55,696 nt of DNA from Rickettsiales bacterium. Lineage in GTDB: Bacteria > Pseudomonadota > Alphaproteobacteria > Rs-D84. Positions within the stretch are counted from its first letter, which is position 1. The number at the start of each line of letters is the position of its first letter. The DNA lies in assembly GCA_031265235.1 (NCBI GenBank), contig JAISCX010000013.1:1-55696 (forward strand), given 5' to 3'. Of this stretch, positions 1 through 9,298 are shown one piece after another. Made by a program: the position numbers and the translations under genes. The notes beneath the pieces were generated by a model that was not told the DNA's origin, did not search any database, and saw only the letters and a list, made by a program, of their open reading frames with translations.

Positions 1-66
1 AAGGCGTAAAATCACACGAAATTTAGCCTCTGAAATATGAGAACGGTTCAAATACTTGTTTTTCAT
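1..66 (-). CDS. First 22 codons of an ORF that runs off the left edge; faint resemblance to N-termini of IS1595/ISXO2-like transposases
   Basis: ATG at 66 on the minus strand reads MKNKYLNRSHISEAKFRVILRL to the window edge. The family guess rests on recalled N-terminal motifs only. Confidence 0.25.
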   Translation of the reverse strand, partial: MKNKYLNRSHISEAKFRVILRL

Positions 67-286
67 TGGTTAACCATAGCATTGCGCCACCGCAAGTCAA
101 CCTAAACTTATCTTGAACCTTTAACAATTCTTGTTTTCTTTAAACCTCGTGCGACTTTTAATTTTCAAAAGTGTTTTTTATAACCAAGCAAGGACTTGAT
201 GTTCACAAAATTCATAACGCATACATAAATTTATGTTTTACACTGGTCTCGGAATGTGATATTATTATCGCATATGGAGATAAGGA

Positions 287-2722
287 ATGGTTCAACTTTC
301 TAAAAAATTATGCGCCCGCCTGGGTATTATTTGTTGCTTTATGTGCACACTGTGTTCTGTTCACGCGGCCGAACCGGTGCAGCGGCGCGGCGGCGGACAA
401 GTCCAGCAAACATCGGCGCCCGCGCCCGCGCCCGTATCTGCGCGCGCCGCGCGCGCACCCGCGACAGCGACCGTATCCGCGCGCAGCGGCGTCCCATCCA
501 TAGCGGCCCGCTCTGCCGCGCCGGTTGTTGCCGCGCGCGCCGCCGCCGCGGTCCCGACCCAAAAAGTAATAAGTGCCGCAACTTCTGTCGCCGCCGCCGC
601 CAGCACTTCGGGTGTTGTCGATCAGGTTTGCCGCGAACGCTTTTATGGCTGTATGGATAGTTTTTGCATGTCCGATACCAACAACGGGGGGCGTTGCTTG
701 TGCTCTAACCAGCAATCCAATCTTGACGCGATACTGATCGACATAGAAAAACTTGACGCCGCGACTTATAAAATGGCGACCGAAGGCGTTGAAAAGATAG
801 AGATGGGCACCAAAGCGGACTATGTGTTTAAACAGCAGGAAGCCGCCGCAAAAACATTGGAAGACGATAAAAAGAACGACGACCGCAGAAAGCCACCCAA
901 AAAAAAGTTGGATTTGACGCAATGGACCGCGGCATATGAAGAAGCCGGTATTTTAGAAGAAGGCGAAATCGCGACAGTCGATCCGCTGGCCGGAAAATCG
1001 GGCGACGCGCTGCATACCGCCGCGCGCCAGATATGCCTTGCCAGCATGCCGGAATGCGAAAAAGATCTGCGCATGTTGCAAACCATGTATAGTGCGAACA
1101 TATCAAACGATTGCCGCGCGTTTGATAACGAGCTGAAACGGCGCAAGCAATCGTCAGCGCAAAAGCTGGCGGCCGCGGAAAAGGCCATGCGAGACGCCGC
1201 GCTGGAATCGTACGAGACCGCAAACAAATGGGATCTGGGCCAGTGCACCGTTGAATTCAAAAAGTGCATGATAACGACCGGCGGCTGCGGGGAAGACTTT
1301 ACCGGCTGTGTCGGCATTGCCGCCGCGCAGAACGCCGCTTCCAGCACTGGTAATGCCGCGACATTGGTTTCCATCAGTGGCACCAAGACAACAATCGAGA
1401 TTGCCGCGTCAAGCTGGGATGCGCTGGCATCTAAACGGCCGCTTTGCGATTCTGTGACAAACAGCTGTGTTTTGGCGGTTCAAAAGGACAAGAATGCCGT
1501 GTGGGACACTTTTCTCCGTGAAATCGCACCTGCTATTAAGACCGCTGAACTGCTTGCCGAATCAGATCTTCGGACCAGCTGCATCGGAAATATATCATCA
1601 TGCTTTCAGAAAGCCTGCAACGACAGGATTGACCCAAATGACCCGGAAGGTTCCTATGACATGTGCCTGACGCGGCCCGAAACATTAAGCAGTTTGTGCA
1701 AGGTCCAGATCGACCCCTGCCAGACTGCAGAGCCACAGATCATGGAGTTCGTGCGCGCAAGACTTGCCAGCATGCGCGTCGATTCCTGCACCAAGGAAGT
1801 AAAGGCATGCCTGACGTCCGAAGATCGCTGTGGCAAAGACTATACGCAGTGCATAGGTCTGGACACCAACACCATCGTTCACATGTGCCCGTCCGACAAG
1901 CTGGTCGGATGCCAGTATAAGTACACGGGGGCGACGGAGATTTCTGGCGACGGTATTTACGACGAACTCGCACGCCTGGTTCAGGGCATCATGCTTGGCA
2001 TAGACAACGGGCTTTTGAACGCTTGTCAAGCCGCGGTTGATTCAAAGATGAATGAAGTTTGCGGCGGCATTGCGGACTGCATAGATAAATTTTCTAATGA
2101 TGCAAACTATGGAACGGATGGAATGGTGATCAACCTTGATACTGCGGATGAACTCCATATTATCGGTCTGCTTGATTTCAGTCTGCTGACCAGCGAACTT
2201 AATTCGGATTCGGGTGAGACTGACACCACACTCAGGTCAGGCAATAACAATAATAATAATCCCGTCCAAGAAAATAATGTCCGCAAGAACATCAAGGATT
2301 GGAGTGAAGCATCTTACAAGCTCTCGACTGACAACAGCTCTTCAACAGGCGAATACATAAAAGTCTCGCAGGCAAACGCGAACAATGTGGTCAGTAAAAT
2401 CAATCAAGTCATATCAATGTTCGAAAGCGACGAAAAAATCAAGCAGTGCACCCAGGGACGCAGTATAGCGCAAATCCGCGGCGCAGGCTCAACTATAAAC
2501 GACCAGACCCCGCGATTCCCGAATCTGATGGACGGATATATTTCGAAAATTGTGGATTCCGCCCTGATTGTCGCAAAAAGCAACCACGAGAAGAAAAAGG
2601 CCGCCCTGCTGGCAGAGGCCATGGACAAAATCGCGGCAATCAAGAAAGCCGCCAACGACATCAGCGGCGGTGGAATGTGTTACGATAAAAGCATCATGGG
2701 GGACCTTGACTTTATGAAATAA
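287..2722 (+). CDS. Large secreted cysteine-rich repeat protein (811 aa), paralog of 19646..22861
   Basis: GGAGATAAGGA lies just before the ATG. Signal peptide LGIICCFMCTLCSVHA, then an Ala/Pro-rich spacer, then about 30 Cys in C-x6-C-x6-C-x6-C and C-x6-C-x4-C modules. Confidence 0.85.
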   Translation: MVQLSKKLCARLGIICCFMCTLCSVHAAEPVQRRGGGQVQQTSAPAPAPVSARAARAPATATVSARSGVPSIAARSAAPVVAARAAAAVPTQKVISAATSVAAAASTSGVVDQVCRERFYGCMDSFCMSDTNNGGRCLCSNQQSNLDAILIDIEKLDAATYKMATEGVEKIEMGTKADYVFKQQEAAAKTLEDDKKNDDRRKPPKKKLDLTQWTAAYEEAGILEEGEIATVDPLAGKSGDALHTAARQICLASMPECEKDLRMLQTMYSANISNDCRAFDNELKRRKQSSAQKLAAAEKAMRDAALESYETANKWDLGQCTVEFKKCMITTGGCGEDFTGCVGIAAAQNAASSTGNAATLVSISGTKTTIEIAASSWDALASKRPLCDSVTNSCVLAVQKDKNAVWDTFLREIAPAIKTAELLAESDLRTSCIGNISSCFQKACNDRIDPNDPEGSYDMCLTRPETLSSLCKVQIDPCQTAEPQIMEFVRARLASMRVDSCTKEVKACLTSEDRCGKDYTQCIGLDTNTIVHMCPSDKLVGCQYKYTGATEISGDGIYDELARLVQGIMLGIDNGLLNACQAAVDSKMNEVCGGIADCIDKFSNDANYGTDGMVINLDTADELHIIGLLDFSLLTSELNSDSGETDTTLRSGNNNNNNPVQENNVRKNIKDWSEASYKLSTDNSSSTGEYIKVSQANANNVVSKINQVISMFESDEKIKQCTQGRSIAQIRGAGSTINDQTPRFPNLMDGYISKIVDSALIVAKSNHEKKKAALLAEAMDKIAAIKKAANDISGGGMCYDKSIMGDLDFMK

Positions 2723-2760
2723 AGACCGCCCGGCGCAGAATACCAAAAGGAAGCAATAAT

Positions 2761-3399
2761 ATGAAAAAACTTTTCGCAACAATAATCGCCGCCATATTTC
2801 TGGCCTTTGCCGCAGAGGCGAACGACTGCACGGTCGATGCGGTGGACGGAAAAAATTACGGCTGCAACGACAGTTGCGGCAACCCAGAGGTTCAAAGCGG
2901 ATTCTGGGTGTTCCGGACATACCCGAACATGTCTACATGCGTGACGCATTGGTGGAACGACTATTGGGACGATGAAGAAACCAGATATTGCGGCGGGTGG
3001 GACACCCGGTGTTCAAAGGCCGGCATGGAGCAAGACGCGGATTTGGGCGCGCGCTGTTGGAAATGTAAATGTCCCGCCGGACAATACTTTAAGGGAAACT
3101 CGGACGGCAGCGTGAATTTTGACGTATGCAAAGGTTGCAACGGGATTAGCGAAACCGTCCAGGGCAACATATGCTGGGATATCATATGCCCGAGCAAAAC
3201 GTCGGGCGATTTGACCTATGGCATGACTTTCGGCAAAGACGCGATAATTTGGAACGGCAAATGTCTGCCGGTGTGCGATTTGCAAACTGCGGGCGCGGTC
3301 TATAATAAAAGTGACAGCACATATATAAGCATTAAGTTCAAAACCGTTAATGCCGGAAAAATCGGTACTGGCGCGACGACGACGACCAGTTCCCAGTAA
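2761..3399 (+). CDS. Small secreted cysteine-rich protein (212 aa), co-oriented with the 811-aa gene
   Basis: AAGGAAG RBS, signal peptide IIAAIFLAFAAEA, many Cys including KCKCPAGQYF...CKGC, and a terminator-like hairpin downstream. Confidence 0.8.
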   Translation: MKKLFATIIAAIFLAFAAEANDCTVDAVDGKNYGCNDSCGNPEVQSGFWVFRTYPNMSTCVTHWWNDYWDDEETRYCGGWDTRCSKAGMEQDADLGARCWKCKCPAGQYFKGNSDGSVNFDVCKGCNGISETVQGNICWDIICPSKTSGDLTYGMTFGKDAIIWNGKCLPVCDLQTAGAVYNKSDSTYISIKFKTVNAGKIGTGATTTTSSQ

Positions 3400-3578
3400 T
3401 CACGCCAATAAAGACCGTATAAGGATTGCGGCGTTATGCCGCGTCTTTGTCGGCGGTCTTTTGTATAGTTCCGGCATTGGGTCGCAAAGGGTGTTTAAGG
3501 GGCAACAAGGGCTCTGGTGATAGGTATTAAATTTCAATCTTTATGTTCTTTATTTTCACAAAAGCCAGGGTTTGAAGC

Positions 3579-4136
3579 ATGAAAAACAAAGTGGTTCTTT
3601 TTTACGGCGCGCCATCCAGCGGAAAGTTAACCATGGCAAAAATGCTTGCCGAACGGAATGGATTTAGGCTTGTGGACAATCATTTATTCCACGACATTGT
3701 TCAGCCGTTTATAAAAAAAGACGGCAGCGAGTTCCAAGAATATGTAGATTTAATTATTCCGTTACGCAAAGCGTTTTATGACATTGTGACACGTTTCTAT
3801 CCAAAGGATGAACCTGCTAATTATGTGTTTACGGTTTGGTTGGCAGATTTAAAAGAAGATATTGAAGAATATAATAAAATTAAAGACTTTGCGGCAAAAA
3901 TAAATGCCGAATTTTACCCGATAGAGCTGAATGCCGCCGAAGAAGTTTTATTATCCAGGGTCGAAGCCCCGGAACGCGCCGCACGCAGAAAAATTCATTC
4001 CAAGGAAAAGCTTAGTGAAATTCTAAAACAATATAAGTTGTTTTCATCCGACCATAAAAACAAGTTGGCAATCGATGTTGGCATGCAAAGTATAGAAGAG
4101 AGATACGAACTTGTTAAAAATCATTTAGAGTTGTAA
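3579..4136 (+). CDS. P-loop NTPase / small-molecule-kinase-like protein
   Basis: Walker A GAPSSGKLT near the N-terminus, 185 aa, locally lower GC. Confidence 0.8.
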   Translation: MKNKVVLFYGAPSSGKLTMAKMLAERNGFRLVDNHLFHDIVQPFIKKDGSEFQEYVDLIIPLRKAFYDIVTRFYPKDEPANYVFTVWLADLKEDIEEYNKIKDFAAKINAEFYPIELNAAEEVLLSRVEAPERAARRKIHSKEKLSEILKQYKLFSSDHKNKLAIDVGMQSIEERYELVKNHLEL

Positions 4137-4180
4137 GCCGATGGTTCCCGACATATATCGGACATAGAAATCATGCCCGC

Positions 4181-4227
4181 AAAACAAATCGCCCGCAGAC
4201 CGTTTGCATCTGCGGGCGATTTGTTTT
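4181..4227. terminator. Bidirectional intrinsic terminator between convergent genes
   Basis: Perfect 19-bp stem AAAACAAATCGCCCGCAGA / TCTGCGGGCGATTTGTTTT with a 9-nt loop and A/T runs on both sides. Confidence 0.7.
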
Positions 4228-4235
4228 ACATGGAA

Positions 4236-6428
4236 CTATTTTTTTATCACCGGCGCGCCGGGATATCCCATCGCGGCGTGATGCGCGGGTATAAGAAATT
4301 CCGGCAATGGCGACGACTTTGGAATTTTCATAAGCTCTTTCATTTCGTCATCCGCGAACGCATACGGCGTGTCCGCCTCTATCGGTCTGTTCGCGAATCC
4401 CTGCATTATTATGATCTGTTTGTCTTTTTCCAATTTTAGAATATCCATCGGCGAATACAATGCGCCCTTGTTTTCCTTGTCCTCTTTCTCTTTGCCTTTG
4501 TCGTCTTTTGATACTTTGATCTCTATCTTTTCGCCCATCTGCTTGCTGAACTTTTCAGCGGTGTCCCAGTCGTTCTGGCGGAATACTATTTTCGCGGCCG
4601 TGGTTGACATGATTGTTTCCGCCGCGTCTTTGCCGTATTTTTCGCTGATCTGGTGAATGTTCTGGCCGATGATCAGATAAGACACTTTCTGTCCGCGGCC
4701 CAGATCCGGTCCCTGGATTACCGCCTGCATCTTTTGCATTTTCGGCATTTCGTCCAGAATAAACGCAACGGGAAACGGGCCCAGCTTTTGGTCGGCATGA
4801 ACTGCTTCCGGCAGATTTGACAGCAGGAATTGCGACATCAGTTCTATGAATATCGCGGTGATCGGATTCAAAGCGTCCGCATCCACCAGGTTTATCGAAA
4901 GATATACGCTGATCGGTTTCCACTTGCCGTCGGCCGAATCCTTGATTCCGCGCAGGTCGCTGAAATGAAAGTCCGAATGCGACGTCCGGTTTCGCACGGC
5001 CGCGTTGCGGAATATGGACAGCCCCGACATAACGGTGGAAAGGATGCTGCCGCGTTCCTTGTCCGGCGTGTTCGCCAATTGCGTCAATTCCAGAATAGAG
5101 CGGTGCGCGTATCCGTATTGGCGCGCCTCTTCAACAGCGGCCAGGAACAGTTCTTTCATGGAATCCGCCATCATAACCATCTGGTCGCCGGCCTTTCTGC
5201 GCGCTTCCAGGTCTTCGGTAATGCTTATCTGGCTGGTATTCAGCCAGTCCAAGATCATGGATAGCGACGCTTCCTTGCCGATCCATTGGGGCGGGATTTT
5301 CGCCCAGGTTCCGACATGGACATAATTCATCGCGGACATCTGGCCCATTTTTAATGTATGTCTGGCGGCTTCGGCGTTCGTGTCAAGCATGCTGGCATAG
5401 TAAGTATCCAACAGCGCCGCGTCCTCCCCGTCGAATTCGCCGGAATCCAGCCGCGACTTGAAATAATCATCGGCCTTGGCGCGTTCTATCTTTGAAACGA
5501 TGAATTGGACAAGTCCGGACAGCGCCGCGCGTCCGGAAATCGTCCAGTGCGGGTCGGCCGTGCTTGACGCCTTGTCCGCGATCAGAATCGTGCAGATGGA
5601 ATCGATATACAGATCGCGCTTTTCTTGTAGAAACGGCACATGTTCCGGCGACAGCGGATTCCAGGACGGATAATAAACCCCGCGCGACGGGTCGTCCTGG
5701 CCCGCCCAGTTTATGATGAATACCGGTCCGATCTTTGCGCGGTATCCGGACGTATATCCGTCCAGTTCAGGCTTTGGATCGTTTATGATCATAGACACGC
5801 CGTCGCACTTGAATATGGTCGGCAGAACGACGCCCATGGTCTTTCCGGTTCCGGGGGGCGCCACGCAAAGAACCGACAGGGTTTCGTCCAGCATCAGAAA
5901 TTTCTTTTTGAATTTGCCCAGAACGATTATGAATCCCTTGAACAGACCGCCGAACCGGCCCATCAGCGGGATGTCGCGCTCTATGGCTTTGCGGGATGAT
6001 TTCTCGTCGTATCTGTATTTTCCGTGCGGATTGAATTCTTTTAGAAAGTCTTCGTTGACAATAAGATTATATATTATGATCGGAATAAGCGGCATGATTG
6101 CCGGAATATCCGGGCGCATTACGGTCCGCGTCAGCCATGCGGGAATTTCCGCAAGCATGGCGATGCCCCCCGTCCAGACCAGCTGGTTGAAATAAGCAGA
6201 CAGCCATTTAAACGTTGCGGGCGAAAAGCCGTATCGCCATATATGTTCAATCGCAAACGACAGACCGAACGCCAGAACGGTCAAAATCCATATGCCGAAT
6301 ATCCAGCGAAGCCGCCAGAACAATATTTCAAGCGTCAGCCTTTCATGGTCTTTCGTATACGCGGACGTCTTGAATATCTCAAGCCCCTTGCCTTTGCCGC
6401 CTGCTGATAAAAGCTTGAATTTTGCCAT
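4236..6428 (-). CDS. virD4: Type IV secretion coupling protein, VirD4/TraG family
   Basis: N-terminal TM helices, Walker A APPGTGKT, Walker B FILDEMPKM, 730 aa, typical T4CP layout. Confidence 0.85.
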   Translation of the reverse strand: MAKFKLLSAGGKGKGLEIFKTSAYTKDHERLTLEILFWRLRWIFGIWILTVLAFGLSFAIEHIWRYGFSPATFKWLSAYFNQLVWTGGIAMLAEIPAWLTRTVMRPDIPAIMPLIPIIIYNLIVNEDFLKEFNPHGKYRYDEKSSRKAIERDIPLMGRFGGLFKGFIIVLGKFKKKFLMLDETLSVLCVAPPGTGKTMGVVLPTIFKCDGVSMIINDPKPELDGYTSGYRAKIGPVFIINWAGQDDPSRGVYYPSWNPLSPEHVPFLQEKRDLYIDSICTILIADKASSTADPHWTISGRAALSGLVQFIVSKIERAKADDYFKSRLDSGEFDGEDAALLDTYYASMLDTNAEAARHTLKMGQMSAMNYVHVGTWAKIPPQWIGKEASLSMILDWLNTSQISITEDLEARRKAGDQMVMMADSMKELFLAAVEEARQYGYAHRSILELTQLANTPDKERGSILSTVMSGLSIFRNAAVRNRTSHSDFHFSDLRGIKDSADGKWKPISVYLSINLVDADALNPITAIFIELMSQFLLSNLPEAVHADQKLGPFPVAFILDEMPKMQKMQAVIQGPDLGRGQKVSYLIIGQNIHQISEKYGKDAAETIMSTTAAKIVFRQNDWDTAEKFSKQMGEKIEIKVSKDDKGKEKEDKENKGALYSPMDILKLEKDKQIIIMQGFANRPIEADTPYAFADDEMKELMKIPKSSPLPEFLIPAHHAAMGYPGAPVIKK

Positions 6429-6432
6429 TTGA

Positions 6433-6540
6433 CTGTGATTTGTGATTTGTGAACTGTGAACTGTGATTTGTGTTGATTATAGCATAATTTAGGATAAAAT
6501 AAAAACTTCAAATCACAAATCACAGTTCACAAATCACAAA
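6433..6540. repeat. GTGATTT-heptamer palindromic element, copy 1
   Basis: Left arm CTGTGATTTGTGATTTGTGAACTGTGAACTGTGATTTGTG, AT-rich loop, right arm TCAAATCACAAATCACAGTTCACAAATCACAAA. It fills the divergent virD4/rsmE spacer. Confidence 0.8.
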
Positions 6541-6541
6541 C

Positions 6542-7375
6542 ATGCAAAATATACCGAGAATTTATCTGAATGAAAATCTGGAATTAGGAAAGGAATATCC
6601 TTTGCCGCCGGATACGGCGCATTATCTGACAAAGGTGATGCGTGTTTCGGCTTTGCCGAAACAGGACATGGATTTTTCTGTGTTTAATAATGGAAAAGAG
6701 TTCGGCGCAAAATTAATAGAAAGGACAGATGGCAAAAAATCTGTCTGCTATGCCTTGCTGACCGTTGGTTCTGACAGAATTGATCCGGCGGGCGCATTCT
6801 GTCTGGCGTTTGCGCCGATAAAGCAGTCGCGATTGGAAGAAATGCTGAATATGGCGACGCAATTGGGCGTTGCGCGTTTTCAACCGGTTATAACCGAACG
6901 GACGGTTGCCCGGCATATAAAATGGGAAAGGATTCAAAAAATCGCGATAGAGGCGTCCGAACAATCGGGCCGGAATTCAATTCCGTCCATTCTGCCGGAA
7001 ATAAAATTCGCGGACTTTATTAAAAATAACAAAAATATAATTTTTGCGGACGAGCGATTCGCGCATGATGATGTGTCATTCCGGACGCCGCAAAGCGGCG
7101 GTCCGGGATCTGGTCAGGATCAGGGAATAGAAAATATTTCCGATAGAAAAAACATTTGTAATTCCCAGCCCCACCAGATCCCGGATAATTTTGCGCAGAG
7201 CGCGCAAAATTTCCGGGATGACACAATCATTCTCATCGGGCCAGAGGGGGGATTTTCGGACAAAGAATTCGAATTGCTGGATGTCGCCGGCGCCGCTGGC
7301 ATTTCTTTGGGACGAACAATACTGCGCGCTGAAACCGCCGCAGTCGTTGCGATAGGAAAAATAGATAGCAGATAG
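6542..7375 (+). CDS. rsmE: 16S rRNA (uracil1498-N3)-methyltransferase RsmE carrying a ~51-codon in-frame insertion
   Basis: N-terminus IPRIYL and C-terminal LIGPEGGFSDKE..GRTILRAETA motifs. It is 277 aa against a typical length of about 240. Confidence 0.85.
   Translation: MQNIPRIYLNENLELGKEYPLPPDTAHYLTKVMRVSALPKQDMDFSVFNNGKEFGAKLIERTDGKKSVCYALLTVGSDRIDPAGAFCLAFAPIKQSRLEEMLNMATQLGVARFQPVITERTVARHIKWERIQKIAIEASEQSGRNSIPSILPEIKFADFIKNNKNIIFADERFAHDDVSFRTPQSGGPGSGQDQGIENISDRKNICNSQPHQIPDNFAQSAQNFRDDTIILIGPEGGFSDKEFELLDVAGAAGISLGRTILRAETAAVVAIGKIDSR
7072..7225. mobile_element. MITE-like palindromic element, copy A, in frame inside rsmE
   Basis: Termini TGTGTCATTCCGG ... CCGGGATGACACA, with internal inverted repeats CCGGGATCTGGT / ACCAGATCCCGG. 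It is homologous in reverse orientation to 49838..49970. Confidence 0.7.
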
Positions 7376-7475
7376 TAGATACTAGATATTAGATATAAGT
7401 TCACAGTTTGCCTGACTATGATTTCTAGATTCTGACCAATATTCTGCCAGTCGCAGATTAATATCTACTATCTAC
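7361..7475. repeat. AGATAGN-heptamer palindromic element overlapping the rsmE stop
   Basis: Left arm AGATAGC AGATAGT AGATACT AGATATT AGATATA; right arm GATTAATATCTACTATCTAC. Confidence 0.6.
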
Positions 7476-7609
7476 AAAATCGCGCATGCACGCGATTTTG
7501 TTTGACTTTTCCCGATTCGTGCGCCATAATGCGTCCGTTCTTAGAAATAAATTTCCAAGGGCGGGACTGAGAAGTCCCGCTCTTTAAGTATAAACAAGGA
7601 GCCTTTAAA

Positions 7610-9181
7610 ATGTCATTTGAATCCATGCCGCGCCAAGACTTGCTGCTGGCCATTGATAATCTGGCCGCGGAAAAACAGATTGCCCGCGATATTGTAATTG
7701 AAAGCCTGGAAGCGGCCATCGTCCGCATCGCGCGCAGCAAATACGGCGAAGAATTTAATATAACGGCCGAAATTTCGCGCAAGAACGGCGCGATTCATGT
7801 CCGCCGTCTGTTTGACGTTGTGGATCCTGACGCGCTTGGGATGGACGAAGAAGGCGAGCCGATCGAATTCAACCAAAGCACAATGATTACGGTTGCCGGC
7901 GCAAAGAAATACGCGAAAGATCCCAAAGTCGGCGATATCGTGGAAGACCCGCTGCCGGAACCGGAATTCGGCCGCATGGCGTTCCAGACCGCGCGCCAGA
8001 TTATGACCGCCCGTGTGCGCGACGCTGAAAAAGGACGCCAGTTTGAAGAATTCAAAGACAGCATCGGCGACATAGTGAACGGAATTGTCCGCCGCATCGA
8101 ATTCGGCAATGTCTTTGTGGATATCAACGGCAAAGCGGAAGGCTATATCAAAAGCACCGAACTGATTCCGGGCGAAAAGTTGCAGCCGGGCGACCGCGTC
8201 CGCGCCCTTATTATGGACGTTTCGCGCTCGAACAGCGGCCCGCAGATATTCCTGACCAGAACACATCCGATGTTTATGGAAAAGCTGTTCATCCAGGAAG
8301 TGCCCGAAATTTACGAAGGCATCATCAAAATCAAATCCGTCGCCCGCGCGCCGGGCAGCCATGCCAAGATCGCGGTCCAAACAGACGACCCCAGCATTGA
8401 CGCCGTCGGCATGACGGTCGGCATCAAGGGAACGCGCATCCAGCCGGTAGTGAACGAATGCCATGGTGAAAAGATTGACGTGATACTCTATTCCGAAGAT
8501 CCGGCGGTATTTATCGTCAACGCGATGCAGCCGGCGAAAGTCGCGAAAATTATCGTAGACGAAGACACCCACACGGCGGCCGTGATTGTGAACGAAGACC
8601 AGCAGTCTTTGGCCATCGGCCGGCGCGGGCAGAACGTCCGTCTGGCTTCGCAGCTGACGGGATGGAATATCGACGTTATGAACGAAGCGGAAGAACAGGA
8701 AAAACGCGCCCGCGAATTCAAAGAAAAGACCGAATTGTTTACCAAGGGATTGGATGTCGATGAAATGGTGGCGCAGCTGCTGATCACCGACGGATTCCGC
8801 ACGATTGAAGAAATCGCGTTTGTGGAATTATCTGAACTTGCCGGCATCGAAGGGTTTGATATGGAACTGGCGACCGAATTGCAGGGCCGCGCCCGCGCAT
8901 ATCTGGACAAGCAGGATCAGGAATACAAAGACAAGGGCCGCGCGATGGGAATGAAAGACGATCTTTTGTCGTTTGACTTTATAAAGCGCGATACGATTCT
9001 TGCGCTCGGCGCCGCCGGAATTCGTTCTTTGGAAGACCTGGCCGATCTGGCGGGCGATGAATTGATCGAAATTCTTGGACAGGACAATATGTCCGAACGC
9101 CTTGCCGGCCGCGTAGTCATGAAGGCGCGCGAATTGGCGTATGGAATCGGGGAAGAAGATGAAGAAAGTGTAGAAGTGTAG
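7610..9181 (+). CDS. nusA: Transcription termination/antitermination factor NusA
   Basis: LLLAIDNLAAEKQI start, S1 and KH regions (IGRRGQNVRLASQLTGW), acidic C-terminal repeats. Confidence 0.95.
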   Translation: MSFESMPRQDLLLAIDNLAAEKQIARDIVIESLEAAIVRIARSKYGEEFNITAEISRKNGAIHVRRLFDVVDPDALGMDEEGEPIEFNQSTMITVAGAKKYAKDPKVGDIVEDPLPEPEFGRMAFQTARQIMTARVRDAEKGRQFEEFKDSIGDIVNGIVRRIEFGNVFVDINGKAEGYIKSTELIPGEKLQPGDRVRALIMDVSRSNSGPQIFLTRTHPMFMEKLFIQEVPEIYEGIIKIKSVARAPGSHAKIAVQTDDPSIDAVGMTVGIKGTRIQPVVNECHGEKIDVILYSEDPAVFIVNAMQPAKVAKIIVDEDTHTAAVIVNEDQQSLAIGRRGQNVRLASQLTGWNIDVMNEAEEQEKRAREFKEKTELFTKGLDVDEMVAQLLITDGFRTIEEIAFVELSELAGIEGFDMELATELQGRARAYLDKQDQEYKDKGRAMGMKDDLLSFDFIKRDTILALGAAGIRSLEDLADLAGDELIEILGQDNMSERLAGRVVMKARELAYGIGEEDEESVEV

Positions 9182-9283
9182 TCGCAAAATCGTAAAACGA
9201 TTTTGCTAAGTGTAAATAGTGTAAAAAATTAACTGAATACTTTTACACTTTTTACACTCTTACACTATACACTAATTTGCGAC
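9181..9283. repeat. GTGTAAA-unit palindromic element in the nusA-infB spacer
   Basis: Outer arms GTCGCAAA / TTTGCGAC, inner hairpin GCAAAATCG..CGATTTTGC, arms AGTGTAAATAGTGTAAAAAA / TTTTACACTTTTTACACTCTTACACTATACACT. Confidence 0.65.
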
Positions 9284-9298
9284 GAAGGAGCAAATTGA

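Noticed and set aside
171-922. Multiple overlapping 80-204 aa ORFs at the 5' end of the 811-aa gene
   Set aside because: They are generated by the GC-rich Ala/Pro/Arg-coding low-complexity stretch. Only the frame with an RBS, a signal peptide and the long downstream Cys-rich domain is credible.
6433-6540. Possible CRISPR array (regularly spaced short repeats here and at the other heptamer tracts)
   Set aside because: The units are 6-9 nt and directly abutting, with no spacers. The arms are mutually complementary and no cas genes are present. These are palindromic simple-repeat elements, not CRISPR.
7613-8572. 319-aa minus-strand ORF
   Set aside because: It is antisense to nusA, whose identity is unambiguous. 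It is a shadow ORF.
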